Position numbers and translations under genes: made by a program | Shown here: positions 19,827 to 28,875 of the stretch, one piece after another | Layout of the letters: each line of letters starts with the position of its first letter | How positions within the stretch are numbered: position 1 is the stretch's first letter | Notes under the pieces: generated by a model | What the model saw: only the letters and a program-made list of their open reading frames with translations | The model's database searches: none | Told to the model about the DNA's origin: nothing | Virus record (IMG/VR): IMGVR_UViG_3300020045_008916 | Location: 1 to 64,000 of that record | DNA length: 64,000 nt | Direction: 5' to 3' (one strand) | DNA from: a virus | Taxonomy: Duplodnaviria; Caudoviricetes

Positions 19827-20555
19827 ATGGAAGAATTAACATTAGATGAACGCTTAGTAGCTGTTCAAAACGCATTAAAAGTAACAAAAGACAAGTATAA
19901 CGTTTTCGGAAAATACAGTTTCCGCAACCAAGAGGCTATTCTTGAAGCGGTAAAGCCTTTACTATTAGAACATAGCTTGAGATTGTCCCTGTCAGATAGA
20001 ATTGAACTGATTGGCGATAGGTATTACATCGTAGCCTCTGCCACATTGAAATACAAAGAGGAAGAGTTGATTGTAGAGGCGAGAGCTCGTGAAGACTTGA
20101 CGCAGGCAGGTATGGCCGCTAGTCAGGTAACTGGAAGTACATCATCATACGCACGTAAATACTGTTTAGGCGGTCTCTTCTTACTGGATGATAATAAAGA
20201 CCCAGATGAGGATGATAAAGTGAACAAACCAAAGACATTAGCACCTACACAGCCTAAAGCTCCTGTAAGAACTCCTGCTCAGCCAGTAGCTAAAACACCT
20301 GTTAAGGTAGAAGCAGCCAAGACAGAAGCGGCAAAAGAGGAAGTAAAAGCAGAGACTCCGAAAGATGATAGTGCAGACAGAGCTAAAGCATTGACAGCCT
20401 TTCAAGCATTAGATGAAGCTAAGGTTTTAGCACATTTGATTGGCACTGAGAAAATCCTTAAATACGTGAAGCTTGAGGACTATGTGAACAAAGAGCCGTT
20501 AGATGACATAAGGGCTGTATATGCTAAAGTATTAAAAACCTGTAAGAAAAATTAA
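19827..20555 (+). CDS. erf: ERF-family ssDNA annealing protein
   Basis: YNVFGKYSFRNQEAILEAVKPLL and QVTGSTSSYARKY motifs. Confidence 0.9.
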   Translation: MEELTLDERLVAVQNALKVTKDKYNVFGKYSFRNQEAILEAVKPLLLEHSLRLSLSDRIELIGDRYYIVASATLKYKEEELIVEARAREDLTQAGMAASQVTGSTSSYARKYCLGGLFLLDDNKDPDEDDKVNKPKTLAPTQPKAPVRTPAQPVAKTPVKVEAAKTEAAKEEVKAETPKDDSADRAKALTAFQALDEAKVLAHLIGTEKILKYVKLEDYVNKEPLDDIRAVYAKVLKTCKKN

Positions 20556-20580
20556 CTAGTAACGATAAAAAAAGAATAGG

Positions 20581-20856
20581 ATGGAAATATCTGGTAAAAT
20601 CATAGAGATAGGAAGTGTTCAGCAAGTAAGCGAGACATTCAGAAAAAGAGAGTTAGTGATTGAATATGCTGAGAACGAAAGTTATCCTGAGTATATCAAA
20701 TTTGAGTTGCTACAAGATAAGGTAGCCTTGCTTGATGGATTAAGAGTGGGTGAAAAGGTAGATGTTTCCTACAATTTAAAGGGAAAAGCTTTTACCAACA
20801 GGGAAGGAGTTACAGGCTATTTTACTAGTCTAGTGGTTTGGAGAATTTCTAAGTGA
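20581..20856 (+). CDS. DUF3127-family OB-fold ssDNA-binding protein
   Basis: FRKRELVIEY...YPEYIKFELLQDK...LKGK...YFTSLVVWRI. Confidence 0.85.
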   Translation: MEISGKIIEIGSVQQVSETFRKRELVIEYAENESYPEYIKFELLQDKVALLDGLRVGEKVDVSYNLKGKAFTNREGVTGYFTSLVVWRISK

Positions 20857-21131
20857 AAACCCAATTCATAATCTATAAAATCTACTGGCCTAGCAAAGCA
20901 TATTACTTTGGAAAGACCAGAGGTTTTGGGAAGCGAAGGAACAGGCATTTGAGAGAGATGCGAGAAGGTACGCACCATAACATCAACTTGGTAAAGATGT
21001 TTGAAAAATACGGGGTACCCAAGATTAAAATCTGTGCATACGCTCACTCGGATGAGGAGCTTCATGTGATGGAGAAACAATTTCTTGCAGCCTATAAGGG
21101 AAACAGGAGATGTTTAAATCTTAACTTTTAA
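20853..21131 (+). CDS. Stand-alone GIY-YIG endonuclease domain (GTG start)
   Basis: IIYKI...YYFGKT...R...RH...E...NL pattern. Confidence 0.7.
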   Translation: MKTQFIIYKIYWPSKAYYFGKTRGFGKRRNRHLREMREGTHHNINLVKMFEKYGVPKIKICAYAHSDEELHVMEKQFLAAYKGNRRCLNLNF

Positions 21132-21133
21132 AT

Positions 21134-21166
21134 AAAGGGAGGGGCTTAGTTGCTGCCTCCCTTTTT
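21134..21166. terminator. Bidirectional intrinsic terminator between convergent operons
   Basis: AAAGGGAGG...CCTCCCTTT stem with A/T runs on both sides. Confidence 0.75.
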
Positions 21167-21173
21167 GCTTTTA

Positions 21174-21374
21174 CTATTTAATTGTTTTTACAAATGGTAG
21201 ACCACCACCTGAATAAGTAGAAGGCAATACTCCGTTCCATTTATCAATAGCTGCTTGTTGTAAGATTTCTGGTGTGATGCCTTTAGATTTGATAATATTC
21301 TCTTCAGCTTGTAACTCTGAAGCTATGTCCGTCCTTTGTTGTAAAAGAACTGAAAGCTCTAAAAGAGAATGCTT
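21174..21374 (-). pseudogene. C-terminal remnant of an SPFH/prohibitin (band 7) gene
   Basis: Open frame ...SKGITPEILQQAAIDKWNGVLPSTYSGGGLPFVKTIK* with an in-frame TAA at 21375-21377 and no start codon. Confidence 0.6.
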
Positions 21375-21397
21375 TTATTAAAGTTCCTCTCAACCAT

Positions 21398-21694
21398 TTA
21401 ACTATTTCCATAATATTGCCTCCTTAGTTTGTCTTTTAATTCGTAAATGATAGTTGCTTCTGGAAATTCTGCAAGCAGTTTCTCTCTTCCCACATTATCG
21501 TACAGGTGATGTATCCTAGGTTGAACCATCAGTATATTTTCTGGTAAAAGCCTAAAGCTTGGATAGGCTCCCTTGCCAAGGATGTGAGCAAAATTATTGA
21601 CATTGAAGGGTATCCACTGTCCTGTAATTTCACAGCACTCGTTCCTCTGTTCGTAGATTTCTTTGAAGAGCTTTAACTCGCCAGTAGCTGTCAT
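21398..21694 (-). CDS. NinG/HNH-like nuclease
   Basis: CEITG...FAHILGKGAYP...ENI...HHLYD. Confidence 0.6.
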   Translation of the reverse strand: MTATGELKLFKEIYEQRNECCEITGQWIPFNVNNFAHILGKGAYPSFRLLPENILMVQPRIHHLYDNVGREKLLAEFPEATIIYELKDKLRRQYYGNS

Positions 21695-22653
21695 GATAAG
21701 TTTTTAAAATACCACTGTCTAACGTAAGGGGCTAATTTTCCCGTAATCTTTTTCCACTCAAGTTTGCTGCTTACCACAACATCCTCTTCTTCTTTCAAGA
21801 TGTCTTTCATGACCCACTGGATAAACTCTCCCGTATTTTTAGGTGAAAGCTCTATCCCGTTCGATGATAGTACTTCTAGGCCTTGTTTAAGCCTGTTCTC
21901 AGTTGCCGCATATTCGATGAACTGTTGAATGTTTTCTAGCTCTTCCGTATCAACTGAAGCTATCTTTGTAACCTTTGAGCTGGAATGCTTTTCACCTTTA
22001 GATTTGAATTTCAAGTTAGGGTCAGAGTCGCAGGTAAAAACAATACCTTCACCAATGCCAGACACTCCAAACGCTTTTGCAAACGGACACTCATCTTCTA
22101 CGGCAATTGTGAGCTCTATCAATTTGTTCTGGATAGCTTCTGGACTGTTAAAATCGATATCTACCTTCCAAGTAGGGAAATTATCTATATGGTAAATGCC
22201 CTGTTCTCTGTCATTAGAGTTAAAATAATCTATCCAAACCCCATCAATCATAGCACCGAAAATAACAAAGACTTTAGGAAGCTCATTAAGTGCAACACCT
22301 TTTTGGATGTTACCGCCACACCATTCTCCAAATATTGCAATATATTCGTTGAATTGCATACCGCTGAATAACCAACCCAATTCTTTACCTGACATTGCTG
22401 TGGCAAAACCTGCATTGTCGGAGCCGACAGAAAGTACTCTCTCTCTCGATTGAAATTCAATCCTGTCCTTATACTTCACAACCGCTGCATTAGTGCCGTG
22501 CAGCTTGACCCTACCAGTAAAACTAAGTGTTGGGTAGGGTGATGTGTTTCTGTAGATTGGACTACCATCAGCATCTTTGCCTTGATAATCATGTTTTGTT
22601 CTGACAGCTCTTACTATATTTCTGAACTGTTCAATTGAAGGATATTTTACCAT
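21691..22653 (-). CDS. RNA ligase, Rnl2 family
   Basis: KLHGTNA (motif I), QSR, FGEWCG, FVIF, GEGIV and FKSKGEKH motifs. Confidence 0.85.
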   Translation of the reverse strand: MVKYPSIEQFRNIVRAVRTKHDYQGKDADGSPIYRNTSPYPTLSFTGRVKLHGTNAAVVKYKDRIEFQSRERVLSVGSDNAGFATAMSGKELGWLFSGMQFNEYIAIFGEWCGGNIQKGVALNELPKVFVIFGAMIDGVWIDYFNSNDREQGIYHIDNFPTWKVDIDFNSPEAIQNKLIELTIAVEDECPFAKAFGVSGIGEGIVFTCDSDPNLKFKSKGEKHSSSKVTKIASVDTEELENIQQFIEYAATENRLKQGLEVLSSNGIELSPKNTGEFIQWVMKDILKEEEDVVVSSKLEWKKITGKLAPYVRQWYFKNLS

Positions 22654-22832
22654 TATGATAATTCTTTAATTTTTTCGTGAATAACTGCTCTCTGAAATAG
22701 GATGCTGCAAACACAATACAGGCAGGTATAGGTCAAGCAATGTGTGAAGGTATAGAACCAAATCCAGAGCGCGATAATTATGATAGTGAGAATGTTATTT
22801 AGGACTTTATAGGCTGTTAGCGTAGTCCTCAT
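22653..22832 (-). CDS. Small membrane protein (not in ORF track)
   Basis: MRTTLTAYKVLNNILTIIIIALWIWFY... 59 aa, stop overlaps the ligase start. Confidence 0.5.
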   Translation of the reverse strand: MRTTLTAYKVLNNILTIIIIALWIWFYTFTHCLTYTCLYCVCSILFQRAVIHEKIKELS

Positions 22833-23274
22833 AATATTTTAGGTTTTCTAAATAGTTTTCTGTTGTAAGTGTTGGAAGTTGGAAGGTTGGTGGTGGTAGT
22901 TCTGAAAAACCACAGCATTTTGCTGCACAGTTATAGCCTCCGAAATAACCTTTACGAAGATAATCCATAGCCACTTCAAAGCTGTCTATAAAATATTTTT
23001 CTTGCTCCTCAGAGAAGGTAAGGTTGAAAACATCCCCGCCCACAAGAAGCTCGGCTGCTGTCTTGATACCTAATTTATCTTCTACCGTCCAAGCTTTTCC
23101 CCTAATCTCGCAGATAGTGTTAGTTGCAGCACATCCGAAGCAGATATTATCTCTAGTATCTCCATAAGTGTCCATATCAATCTCAACGTGCTTAGCTTTT
23201 AAGCCATTAACCATAGCCATAACAATATCCTTACCTGACATGGCTTTTACTATTTCACTGAATTTCTTTTCCAT
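22807..23274 (-). CDS. Hypothetical protein
   Basis: Coupled ORF in the early cluster. Confidence 0.6.
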   Translation of the reverse strand: MEKKFSEIVKAMSGKDIVMAMVNGLKAKHVEIDMDTYGDTRDNICFGCAATNTICEIRGKAWTVEDKLGIKTAAELLVGGDVFNLTFSEEQEKYFIDSFEVAMDYLRKGYFGGYNCAAKCCGFSELPPPTFQLPTLTTENYLENLKYYEDYANSL

Positions 23275-23650
23275 TTCTTTCGATTTTTAAATTGTAAAAC
23301 AATGTGTCCTCAGTGAAATGTACGCTCTCTTGCATATCCTCAATCACTGTTGGTATTCCCTTGCTATTGTACTTGGCTTTCCCACCTTTAAGGGTTTCTT
23401 TGCTTGCTTCAGGGTCGATAGCCTCTTCGTCTTGTAGGTTTGTAATCTTTGTAACGTTAAACTCACCTTCTGGCAAGATGATAGTATCACCTATGTTAAC
23501 CTCAGTGTTTGAGAATAGGTTGATTGTGTTGGGAGTTGAAAGGAATTGGTGGTAGCTTGGGTATTCTTTATAGTTGTTAAGGTCGTGTTTCATTATAGGG
23601 GTTTTAGTTTTTAAAATTCTATGTCTTTCTGACATCAATACTTTCTTCAT
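23255..23650 (-). CDS. Hypothetical protein
   Basis: Coupled ORF in the early cluster. Confidence 0.6.
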   Translation of the reverse strand: MKKVLMSERHRILKTKTPIMKHDLNNYKEYPSYHQFLSTPNTINLFSNTEVNIGDTIILPEGEFNVTKITNLQDEEAIDPEASKETLKGGKAKYNSKGIPTVIEDMQESVHFTEDTLFYNLKIERNGKEIQ

Positions 23651-23662
23651 GGTTAAAAGCTT

Positions 23663-24274
23663 TTACTTAACAAAATTAATAAGAAAGTCTAGCAATAGTT
23701 GTTTGTAATTTACAGCAGCACCTAAAACAGCAGCAGCAGCATCAGCAGCATAAGCAGCATAAGCAGCATAAGCAGCATAAGCAGCATAAGCAGCAGCAGC
23801 AGCAGCAGCATCAGCAGCATAAGCAGCATAAGCAGCATAAGCAGCAGCAGCAGCAGCAGCATCAGCAGCATAAGCAGCATAAGCAGCACCAAAAGCAGCA
23901 GCAGCATCAGCAGCATAAGCAGCATCAGCAGCAGCCCTTCTTTTTATCCTCAAAAACTCTAAGTCGACAGTACCATTCAAATAATCTTGTGTCGCTTGTA
24001 TAGCCTCTCTTGGGGCTTTACTTGGATACTTTTTCTCGTAGATAGGTAATACAATCAATGCAACACCAATGGCAAGTAATCTAAACTCTTTATCTTGTAA
24101 TTGGCAATTGTTTCTTACAAACCAAAACTTATCCTTTAAGGAAATATCTAGATTTAAAATCTGTTGGATTGACATCTCTTGTGCCTCGCCAATGATAGTT
24201 TCAGATTTGCCAGCAGTTTCTTTATAGCAGCCACTACCCGCTAAAATTTCTTTTCTTGAAAATAATGTTTTCAT
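23663..24274 (-). CDS. Helical protein with an Ala/Tyr/Asp low-complexity tail (AAYAAYAADAAA)
   Basis: Imm5-like N-terminal helices (LPIYEKKYP...PREAIQA) followed by tandem repeats. Confidence 0.65.
   Translation of the reverse strand: MKTLFSRKEILAGSGCYKETAGKSETIIGEAQEMSIQQILNLDISLKDKFWFVRNNCQLQDKEFRLLAIGVALIVLPIYEKKYPSKAPREAIQATQDYLNGTVDLEFLRIKRRAAADAAYAADAAAAFGAAYAAYAADAAAAAAAYAAYAAYAADAAAAAAAYAAYAAYAAYAAYAADAAAAVLGAAVNYKQLLLDFLINFVK
23722..23938 (-). repeat. GCT/GCTTAT/GCTGAT microsatellite-like coding repeat
   Basis: Forward-strand gcagcataa/gcagca/gcatca units. Confidence 0.9.
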
Positions 24275-24278
24275 AATT

Positions 24279-24530
24279 TTACTTATAATAAGTTAATAAT
24301 TGTCCGATAGGTTCACAAATATAATAGTAGGTCTTGACAAAACTCCTGTACTTGGGATGGTATCTATAAATAGCCGACTTTCTCCGTCTCTTAGGAGTTT
24401 CAACTTTCAATATACGCTCCCCCATTTTATGAGCTTTCTCAGCTACCTCGTGTAAATGTGTGAAGTACTGGTACTTGTTGCCGTAATAGCGTACCGTATA
24501 GGGCAAATCGAAAAGTTCTATGCTGTTCAT
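24279..24530 (-). CDS. Hypothetical protein
   Basis: Coupled ORF. Confidence 0.5.
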   Translation of the reverse strand: MNSIELFDLPYTVRYYGNKYQYFTHLHEVAEKAHKMGERILKVETPKRRRKSAIYRYHPKYRSFVKTYYYICEPIGQLLTYYK

Positions 24531-24745
24531 TATGATAGTACGCTAGGATTGATATCTTTGATTGGTATCCCACCCTTGACAGTCTCTATGTCAATATTCC
24601 CGTTACGATAGATGGCTGTGATAAAGAACCACCTGCCCAAGTAAGGAGCCTCAAGTTCTGTCCGAAACTCGGGAGATATCTCTACCTTTATCCCAGAGAG
24701 CATCTTACTCAGGAGGTGTTTTAGTTCTTTGGTCTTCATATCCAC
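24530..24745 (-). CDS. Hypothetical protein
   Basis: Coupled ORF. Confidence 0.5.
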   Translation of the reverse strand: MDMKTKELKHLLSKMLSGIKVEISPEFRTELEAPYLGRWFFITAIYRNGNIDIETVKGGIPIKDINPSVLS

Positions 24746-24933
24746 TGTTCTTCTTTGGAATGTTTAATTACGTTATTTATAAACCGACTATTTTTGTGAG
24801 GATTTAAAGAAGTTGGATAGTGCTTCGCTAAAATCATTGTTTGATTATTTCTCATCAAGGCGAGTTTCCCTCGTATGCTAATTATCCTCTGAATATCCCC
24901 TTTTGCAGGTTTACTGTAATCTGGTTTATACAT
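24736..24933 (-). CDS. Hypothetical protein
   Basis: Coupled ORF. Confidence 0.5.
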   Translation of the reverse strand: MYKPDYSKPAKGDIQRIISIRGKLALMRNNQTMILAKHYPTSLNPHKNSRFINNVIKHSKEEQWI

Positions 24934-24935
24934 AG

Positions 24936-25712
24936 TTATAGGTTGGCAATAATTTGAAAAAGATTGTCGGTCGCTAGATTAAGCAGATGTTCTTTTATCT
25001 GTTCGTACTCTGCCTCAATTTTTCCAAGATTGAAACCATAATCTGCCACTAGAATTGCATAACAAGCAGCAGCATCTTTATGCGTATAGTCCTTGTCAAG
25101 GATAAGTTTCAAAAGTCTTGACTTTTCACGCAAATCTGCGGCTTCTACTGGTAAGTATAAGTCTAAAAACAGTTCTGGCTCTATATTGAAAAGATTGCCA
25201 CCCGAAGTAAGGTCTATCAGACCGTTTGTATTGAACAGCACATTAATAATCTCAAAATCAGGTTGTTCGACTTCCAACAACTCTAGGCTTTCCAAATTTC
25301 CATAGGCAATGTGTTTTGCATAGGCATTCATTTGGGAATAAGTGCCAACTTTCTGGCCTGTTACGGGAACTCTGAGAGCTACCTTGTTCTGGACATCGTA
25401 GATGCTGTATTGATTTCTGATTATGCCAAAATAAAGGGCATCTTCTTTGGCCTGTATGTTCTGGCTGATATCCAGTGTGGCAGTTTTGCCATTCACCCAC
25501 ACACTGAAGTAGGTGTTATCTTTGATATGGTTTTTATATTCTGCAATATAATTTTCCAAACTTGGCAAAAAATTTGTGATATCCGACTGATGTGAATATG
25601 GTGATAGTGCTACCATAAATCCAGTTGTAGGGGTCTGTCCCTCTAGGTTAAAAGACAAACCTCCGTTTGCTAAGGCAAGTACTGCCATTCTGATAATGTT
25701 TTGCTTGTTCAT
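24936..25712 (-). CDS. Conserved phage protein
   Basis: TGFMVA...W...TLDIS...EDALYFG...QYSIYD motif pattern seen in phage proteins; function unknown. Confidence 0.6.
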   Translation of the reverse strand: MNKQNIIRMAVLALANGGLSFNLEGQTPTTGFMVALSPYSHQSDITNFLPSLENYIAEYKNHIKDNTYFSVWVNGKTATLDISQNIQAKEDALYFGIIRNQYSIYDVQNKVALRVPVTGQKVGTYSQMNAYAKHIAYGNLESLELLEVEQPDFEIINVLFNTNGLIDLTSGGNLFNIEPELFLDLYLPVEAADLREKSRLLKLILDKDYTHKDAAACYAILVADYGFNLGKIEAEYEQIKEHLLNLATDNLFQIIANL

Positions 25713-25723
25713 GTTGCTTTAGA

Positions 25724-26704
25724 TTAAAAATTAGGATTGATAAGTGATTGGCATTCTTGTTCGCTGACTTCTCTAAGAACCAAGAGTTTAGGAGTTCTTA
25801 CCTTTCCATCACAATCCGCTGACACAATAATATCAGCAGCATCTACCTCACACTCTAAAATCACCATATCTGACCAATTACGACCAAAATCTATAGCCCA
25901 CTTCAAATGAGAGACATGAATGCCTTGAGAACAACTATTTTTAGAATTGTTATCTGTTTTCTTTTCTTGCTTAAGCTCTCCAATAACATACTTAAAACTC
26001 CTGTCATAGTCTGAACAGTAATTTTCACCCACCTTGTGAACAGCTTTGTAAAGAATTGCCTTATCACCCACCATTTTAACTGGATAATTTTTTCGATAGA
26101 CATCAAAATTGTTTTCAATGGTAGGTATTTCAATTAAAATAGAAGTGTCGTTCAATGATAGTTTTAAATTCTTAACATTATCAGAAAAAACACGAAGAGA
26201 GTTATAACCGAAACAAACCACAGTATTTGCGCCCTTCAGCAAATTGACCTGTGAGCTTCCCCACATTTCTTTGACCTGTGAGCTTCCCCGCATTTCTTTG
26301 ACCTGTGAGCTTTCCCGCATTACATTGACCTGTGAGCTTCCCCGCATTACATTGACCTGTGAGCTTTCCCGCATTTCTTTGACCTGTGAGCTTCCCCGCA
26401 TTACATTGACCTGTGAGCTTCCCCGCATTACATTGACCTGTGAGCTTTCCCGCATTTCTTTGACCTGTGAGCTTCCCCACATTTCTTTGACCTGTGAGCT
26501 TTCCCACATTTCTTTGACCTGTGAGCTTTCCCGCATTACATTGACCTGTGAGCTTCCCCGCATTTGCAAGATGATAGTTGTACCTAGTACGCAGTCAATT
26601 TTTGCATTGACTAAAATATATACGCCACCCTCTAGTATTATTGGTGACGTGTTATTTTCAATTCTGAAAGGATTTAATAAAGTACCTTTGTTTATTCTTT
26701 CCAT
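25724..26704 (-). CDS. Beta-helix repeat protein with a C-terminal DUF7666-like domain
   Basis: 12 x 9-aa (R/W)(G/E)SSQV(NV/KE)M repeats, then LYKAVH...FKYVIG...CSQGIH...GKVRT. Confidence 0.7.
   Translation of the reverse strand: MERINKGTLLNPFRIENNTSPIILEGGVYILVNAKIDCVLGTTIILQMRGSSQVNVMRESSQVKEMWESSQVKEMWGSSQVKEMRESSQVNVMRGSSQVNVMRGSSQVKEMRESSQVNVMRGSSQVNVMRESSQVKEMRGSSQVKEMWGSSQVNLLKGANTVVCFGYNSLRVFSDNVKNLKLSLNDTSILIEIPTIENNFDVYRKNYPVKMVGDKAILYKAVHKVGENYCSDYDRSFKYVIGELKQEKKTDNNSKNSCSQGIHVSHLKWAIDFGRNWSDMVILECEVDAADIIVSADCDGKVRTPKLLVLREVSEQECQSLINPNF
26237..26560 (-). repeat. Coding tandem repeat, 12 x 27 bp
   Basis: Invariant ttgacctgtgagct core with binary variable positions. Confidence 0.95.
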
Positions 26705-26749
26705 TGTTATTTTAGATATTTTTAAGTTTTAACCTGTTAATCTTATCTA

Positions 26750-27031
26750 CTATCTGTTCTCTTGAGAAAACATGCCACATTCACCTAAAAACCAGTCTAT
26801 AATATCATATCTGGGGTCATAGGTCGTATCTTTAACAACTCTTCCGTCTACACTATTAATCCACAAATCTACATGCAAGCCATAAGGTAGGTGGTTATCC
26901 TTATTCTTCCAATAGAATGCAAAAGCATCCCACAAATCTTCTGTTCTAAAAATTGTTTCTGTACCCTGTGCGGAAGATAATAATACTTGATACTCTGCCG
27001 TATCTCCTTCCAAAAATTCCAGTTGTTCCAT
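26750..27031 (-). CDS. Hypothetical protein
   Basis: Acidic ORF in the early cluster. Confidence 0.55.
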   Translation of the reverse strand: MEQLEFLEGDTAEYQVLLSSAQGTETIFRTEDLWDAFAFYWKNKDNHLPYGLHVDLWINSVDGRVVKDTTYDPRYDIIDWFLGECGMFSQENR

Positions 27032-27036
27032 GATTT

Positions 27037-27192
27037 TTAAATTTCGTCTATAAATATATCGTTGATGTGTTTTAACATACCAACACCGTTTTTAATTTTT
27101 TGTTTTACTTTTCTCTTAGCCTCTGTTTTGTTTTTGGCTTTTATCGTCATTACAATCGAGTAAAAATCGACATCTACTGTGTAACTTTTCAT
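27037..27192 (-). CDS. Small hypothetical protein (not in ORF track)
   Basis: MKSYTVDVDFYSIVMTIKAKNKTEAKRK... 51 aa, start overlaps the upstream stop. Confidence 0.55.
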   Translation of the reverse strand: MKSYTVDVDFYSIVMTIKAKNKTEAKRKVKQKIKNGVGMLKHINDIFIDEI

Positions 27193-27458
27193 GGCTCAAG
27201 CTCTATTACCCGTACAATGTCCTTGCCAAACCCTAACTCCTTAGCAGTTGCCTCGTCCGCAGTAAATTTATCGTGACCATACTCCTCTTTAAATTTAAAT
27301 AAGACTCCATTTACAGTAGTATGTTTTGAACCTGTTCTTACATCACAGCCTGAAAGGACTCTCTTACAAGCCTTACTAACTGCACAATTTCCGTTGCTAA
27401 TGTAGGAAGTATCTTTAAAGTCGCTTGCAATAAGCACTAATACTTTTGGATTTTTCAT
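27189..27458 (-). CDS. Hypothetical protein, paralogous to 28243..28536
   Basis: Shared DF..T.Y..NGNCA(V/I)SKA.KR...YG...F..D...A...G(F/Y)G...(V/I)R.I.L pattern. Confidence 0.6.
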   Translation of the reverse strand: MKNPKVLVLIASDFKDTSYISNGNCAVSKACKRVLSGCDVRTGSKHTTVNGVLFKFKEEYGHDKFTADEATAKELGFGKDIVRVIELEP

Positions 27459-27856
27459 GATAAGAATAATGAAGTTATATCGGTTTTGTTAATTGGATTT
27501 TTGAATATTGTTTGGAAACGTGATTGATGATAGTCGTTAACCTCGTAAAGGTACACACGAAACCCCAATTTTTCAACAGCTTCTTTGACCTCTTCATTGG
27601 TAAAAGCTATTTTAAAACGCTCTATGGTGTTAAAAGCAAACTTATAAGGGTCACAAGCGGCTGCTCCCAAAGAAGCTACTAATTCCCAATCTGCATGTAG
27701 GGGTGGGAACATATTACAATTCGAATGTCTGCCCCTAATAGTCGCTTGCATAGAATGCTGAAATATTCTACTGTAGCCGTCATCTCCACGAGAATGCCAA
27801 AGGCCTTTACAATCAGAAGGGTGTTCAATCCTGAAAACTTGAATTACACGTTTCAT
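27455..27856 (-). CDS. Hypothetical protein
   Basis: Coupled ORF. Confidence 0.55.
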   Translation of the reverse strand: MKRVIQVFRIEHPSDCKGLWHSRGDDGYSRIFQHSMQATIRGRHSNCNMFPPLHADWELVASLGAAACDPYKFAFNTIERFKIAFTNEEVKEAVEKLGFRVYLYEVNDYHQSRFQTIFKNPINKTDITSLFLS

Positions 27857-27868
27857 AAGCTTTTACTA

Positions 27869-28243
27869 TTAAGGTGCTGTTAACTCTTCGAAAGTGAATA
27901 AACCAAGTTCAGTAATACCTCTACTAATCTTAAACTTACCCTTGATAGCTATCCCATCATGGATTGTTTGAAGTGCTTGCCACTGGTCAATCGTTAGTTT
28001 TCCAACTGCTTCAGGTCTGAGAATACCTGCGTTTTCTCGTAAAATATAGTCAGCAGATTTGTCTCTCAAATACGGGCTAGTGTTTATTTCCTTGGCATTT
28101 AAAAGGTTTTTACCAAGGACACACTGTCTACCATCTTTGGTGTCATATCTACAAGAACCACCCTCATATCCACATGTTGAAGGGTCTTTATAGTAAGGTC
28201 TGATTTGCTCTAAAGCAAACTCTTTTGCTGTTTGATTTTCCAT
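27869..28243 (-). CDS. Hypothetical protein
   Basis: C.Y...DGRQCVLG motif, LQTIHD. Confidence 0.55.
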   Translation of the reverse strand: MENQTAKEFALEQIRPYYKDPSTCGYEGGSCRYDTKDGRQCVLGKNLLNAKEINTSPYLRDKSADYILRENAGILRPEAVGKLTIDQWQALQTIHDGIAIKGKFKISRGITELGLFTFEELTAP

Positions 28244-28536
28244 TACGCTCTTTTTGTTAAGATGATAGTTCTGATTACATTTTCTCCGTAGCCCGAGTGA
28301 TAAGCCTTGTCTTTATCATCTCCAAACTCTGTCTCTCCGTAGTAGTCAAAAGCATAGTACACCCTCTCTGTCTGTGCAAGGTCAGGGTATAGGAATACAC
28401 TGTCCGTACCTGTATTCGGAAATTGTTGTCCCTCTTGTCTTTTGAGAGCTTTTGATATCGCACAGTTACCATTGTCTGTGTATCTTGTGTTTACAAAGTC
28501 AATGCCTTTTAATTCTAATGTGATTGTGTTTTTCAT
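28243..28536 (-). CDS. Hypothetical protein, paralogous to 27189..27458
   Basis: Likely start MKNTITL at 28536; shared NGNCAISKA motif. Confidence 0.6.
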   Translation of the reverse strand: MKNTITLELKGIDFVNTRYTDNGNCAISKALKRQEGQQFPNTGTDSVFLYPDLAQTERVYYAFDYYGETEFGDDKDKAYHSGYGENVIRTIILTKRA

Positions 28537-28538
28537 AT

Positions 28539-28874
28539 CTAAATGTATAAATAAATTTCTTGTTCCTCTTTGTTTTGTACCCAAGCAAAAGCACGTCCGC
28601 TAACCTCAATCCCAAATCCACCGATTGTCCATTTCTCATCCGCATCAATACATACTTTCAAGTTACAGACAAAGTATCCCGCCCAACTACCAGATGAGGT
28701 GTAAGCAAGTCCCAAACAATTTAAAAGGTTATTCCAAGCACTTCGCCCTGTAAACTTAGGCAAGGCGCACCGTTTGGGCAGTCTTGCAACGTGGGTGTTA
28801 TTTTTGAAATAAGTTACGATAGCTTTTTCTAGGTAGTTGAAATCGCTTTCTGAAAATGTTGTTAGTGCGTTCAT
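28539..28874 (-). CDS. Hypothetical protein
   Basis: Likely start MNALTT at 28874. Confidence 0.55.
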   Translation of the reverse strand: MNALTTFSESDFNYLEKAIVTYFKNNTHVARLPKRCALPKFTGRSAWNNLLNCLGLAYTSSGSWAGYFVCNLKVCIDADEKWTIGGFGIEVSGRAFAWVQNKEEQEIYLYI

Positions 28875-28875
28875 A

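Noticed and set aside
26237-26560. 27-bp repeats as a CRISPR array
   Set aside because: Units are contiguous with no unique spacers, lie in frame within a protein, and no cas genes are present
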